Below are positions 8,407 through 10,273 of a stretch of 10,273 bases of DNA, piece by piece. Below the pieces are notes generated by a model. That model searched no databases. It saw only the letters and a list, made by a program, of their open reading frames with translations, and was not told where the DNA came from. The stretch is from Candidatus Heimdallarchaeota archaeon (GTDB lineage: Archaea > Asgardarchaeota > Heimdallarchaeia > Heimdallarchaeales > Kariarchaeaceae). The stretch covers positions 1 to 10,273 of the forward strand of contig WAKA01000209.1 of assembly GCA_015523565.1 (NCBI GenBank), given 5' to 3'. The position numbers and the translations under genes are program-made. How positions within the stretch are numbered: the first letter of the stretch is position 1; each line of letters begins with the position of its first letter.

Positions 8407-9220
8407 GTTGGATGATGAATCTGTTGATTTCCCAAACCTGCTTCCAGATGTGCTTTTTTTGCCGTTTCTCATTTTCAGTATTTTGAGCATGGTTTTGTTC
8501 CCAATAATGGTGTATTGTGCAGAAAAGTTTGGTGTGAATGTGGCATATGGCATTATTGCGGCAATATTCCTCTATATTGTCGTAGTTGCTTCTGCCATAC
8601 GGAAAACTAAAAGGTACTTTTCCACAACAGATCTAAATGAGATTCAAACCCATTTCAACCATTTCTATTACATTTGGATGCCAGTAATTAGTGGTGCTAT
8701 CAGCATATTTTTTTATTTTGATAGTGTGGTTGATGCTTTTTTCTTTTATATATTGACTGGGGTGTATTTTTTATTTATTGCATCATACTTCATTTTTCTT
8801 GAGGAAAATCAGAAAGATTACAAAGGTATTCAAGATTACATACTGAAAATATTTATGCTATTGCAATTTATGATCCAAACTTGGTTTGCCTTTCTGCTGA
8901 TACATTTCTGGCAGAAACAGAAATGGGTTTTCCTTGAGTTATTGCTTGTATTTGGGGTGGGGATGCTTATTTTCTGGCTGAAACCTGGAAAACTTATTTT
9001 GAATCATACCCTTGCCCTTCGCCTTTTCCTTTACGCATTTGGCTTGCTTGTTGTTTGGATCAGTTGGGCTGATTTTGATTTGGCTCATCAGATTTTCAGC
9101 ACGGACTCCAACAATATTTTTATGAAATTAATGGTTGATTCCATTGTTTTTCTAATTTATATGGTGGCGTTGTCTCCGAAAATCTTACAGGAAATAATAA
9201 TTGAATATTACAATAAATAA
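8393..9220 (+). CDS. Hypothetical multi-pass membrane protein, 275 aa, about 8 TM helices; candidate immunity or accessory protein
   Basis: The ORF track gives 8327..9220, but the strong GGAGGTG RBS favours ATG 8393 (MNETKLDDESVDFP...). It has eight hydrophobic segments in hairpin-like pairs, is AT-rich, and shows no family motif I recognise. Confidence 0.85.
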   Translation: MNETKLDDESVDFPNLLPDVLFLPFLIFSILSMVLFPIMVYCAEKFGVNVAYGIIAAIFLYIVVVASAIRKTKRYFSTTDLNEIQTHFNHFYYIWMPVISGAISIFFYFDSVVDAFFFYILTGVYFLFIASYFIFLEENQKDYKGIQDYILKIFMLLQFMIQTWFAFLLIHFWQKQKWVFLELLLVFGVGMLIFWLKPGKLILNHTLALRLFLYAFGLLVVWISWADFDLAHQIFSTDSNNIFMKLMVDSIVFLIYMVALSPKILQEIIIEYYNK

Positions 9221-9222
9221 TT

Positions 9223-9961
9223 TAAATGGGTACTGGGGTGTTCTCTGAACCTTTTGGTTCATCTTTCATGTTTGGAACTGTATCTGTTTTATTATTCACA
9301 TGACTGCATGATGCAATAAACATAGTATCAAGGCGTTCATTGCAGAAACAGTCATTTCCACAATCTATCCGCTTGTATCAATGGTTTCGATGGGAATTTT
9401 AGTGGGGATAGTGTCAATGTTGGATATTATTGTACCATTCCTAACAGTCATATCATATTCCTCTTTGGTTATTTCCTTCGGTAATGAGAATATTGAAATT
9501 AGTGTTTAATCAAAAGGAAATAACCTTGCAGTAATTTTCGGCAATCAGCAAATTAAATTGATGGATTTGTTCTTCATTCCAGAAGTCGTTTTAGTAGAAA
9601 CGTCGTTTTCTTCAATGGAAGCCTTTTACAAAATCATGCTAGAACAATTTGTTGATTTTGTTTGTCACATATACAATTTTGATCAAAACTTCAAAACCTG
9701 AGATACAATCTCTTGTCATAATGACTTTGACAATGTATTTCCTTCGAATGGCAAAGATTGAATTGAATAAGCTATCAAATGGTGAAAAAAGGGACAGAAG
9801 CTGGAGGAATTGAAGATCTATTTGGTTACATGTCATAACACTTGGAAAGGAGTTCATACTTGGAACCGCAATTGCCTTACTATCAAAATTCCCATCGGGT
9901 GATGTTCTGGGTTGTTTAATCAAATCAATTTGTAAAATCGTAATGCCTGCATCAATCTTAT
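9223..9961. pseudogene. Possible degraded gene remnant, cut off by the repeat arm
   Basis: Long protein-like frames interrupted by isolated stops on both strands. The 111-aa minus ORF 9639-9974 takes its start from inside the repeat. No recognisable family. Confidence 0.25.
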
Positions 9962-10273
9962 AGTTGCTTGCCAAAATTGTGCTGAAGGATCAGAGCCTGC
10001 CGCAGGAGCTGAACCTCAACACCCCTGACAATCCCGGCTACGACCCCGCCAAGCCGATGAACTACCTTGCTGTTGCCAAGGTCGGCATCCTTGTCTTCGC
10101 CGACTGGCTGCACAAGTCATTTGTCGCTCCCAACACCGCACTGAATGCAGTCTGGAAGGCGGGCATGCAGACACTGGGACGGAGTGCCTCTGACACGCTT
10201 GCCGATGTGGTGAACGACATCTTCGGCTTTGCGGGGTCTGTGATGCAGACCATGAAAAACGCAATGCAACAGG
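9962..10273 (+). repeat. Inverted repeat, right arm
   Basis: Mismatches against the left arm are at 9990, 10001, 10014, 10044, 10095, 10128, 10137, 10191 and 10260. The match runs to the last base of the window. Confidence 0.98.
9964..10273 (+). pseudogene. Headless (orphan or silent) cassette paralogous to the 3' region of the giant gene; frame open to the window end
   Basis: Reads LLAKIVLKDQSLPQELNLNTPDNPGYDPAKPMNYLAVAKVGILVFADWLHKSFVAPNTALNAVWKAGMQTLGRSASDTLADVVNDIFGFAGSVMQTMKNAMQQ, identical to the giant protein except one Q to P. It is preceded by in-frame TAG (9961-9963) where the full gene has GAG. No RBS is evident before TTG 9964 or ATG 10057. Confidence 0.8.

Noticed and set aside
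8278-8553. 91-aa minus-strand ORF
   Set aside because: It is antisense to the better supported membrane protein genes.
10016-10264. Minus-strand ORFs 10016-10264 and 10062-10253
   Set aside because: They are antisense shadows of the repeated cassette, mirroring 41-265 and 51-311. The synonymous pattern fits the plus frame.
54-10273. Diversity-generating retroelement TR/VR pair
   Set aside because: The mismatches are not confined to adenines of one copy. They go both ways, are nearly all synonymous third positions, and no reverse transcriptase is present.
54-10273. Terminal inverted repeats of a transposon or linear replicon
   Set aside because: The arm is in-frame coding sequence of the giant gene. 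No transposase, replication gene or target-site duplication is seen.
9962-10273. Inverted chimera or assembly artefact
   Set aside because: An artefactual copy should be essentially identical. Nine differences biased to synonymous sites indicate a real diverged paralog, although strain mixing in a metagenome assembly cannot be fully excluded.
1-10273. CRISPR array, tRNA/rRNA, alternative genetic code
   Set aside because: No regularly spaced direct repeats or RNA gene motifs were seen. The giant gene is open under the standard code and uses TGG for Trp.

Overview
The window is dominated by one giant minus-strand gene that the ORF track misses because its stop lies beyond the left edge. It runs from ATG at 7524 to position 1, and I found no in-frame stop in 2508 codons translated by hand. 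The product has a Sec-type signal peptide, a clan CD (caspase/legumain-like) His-Cys protease domain, several ConA/CBM-like jelly-roll domains, two Laminin_G_3-type domains, a beta-rich stalk and a GC-rich helical domain that runs off the window. At least 312 bp of that GC-rich coding segment (54-365) recurs in inverted orientation at the other end (9962-10273). The copy is 97% identical with no indels, and 8 of its 9 differences are synonymous. It is headless but still in open frame. Between the copies lie the giant gene's promoter, two divergently transcribed multi-pass membrane protein genes and a degraded AT-rich stretch. The layout suggests a polymorphic toxin or adhesin locus in which recombination between the inverted arms flips about 9.6 kb and joins the same N-terminal module to an alternative C-terminus. 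Promoter, RBS and codon features point to an archaeal host, though this is only an inference. The C-termini and any recombinase lie outside the window, so toxin function and actual inversion are untested.
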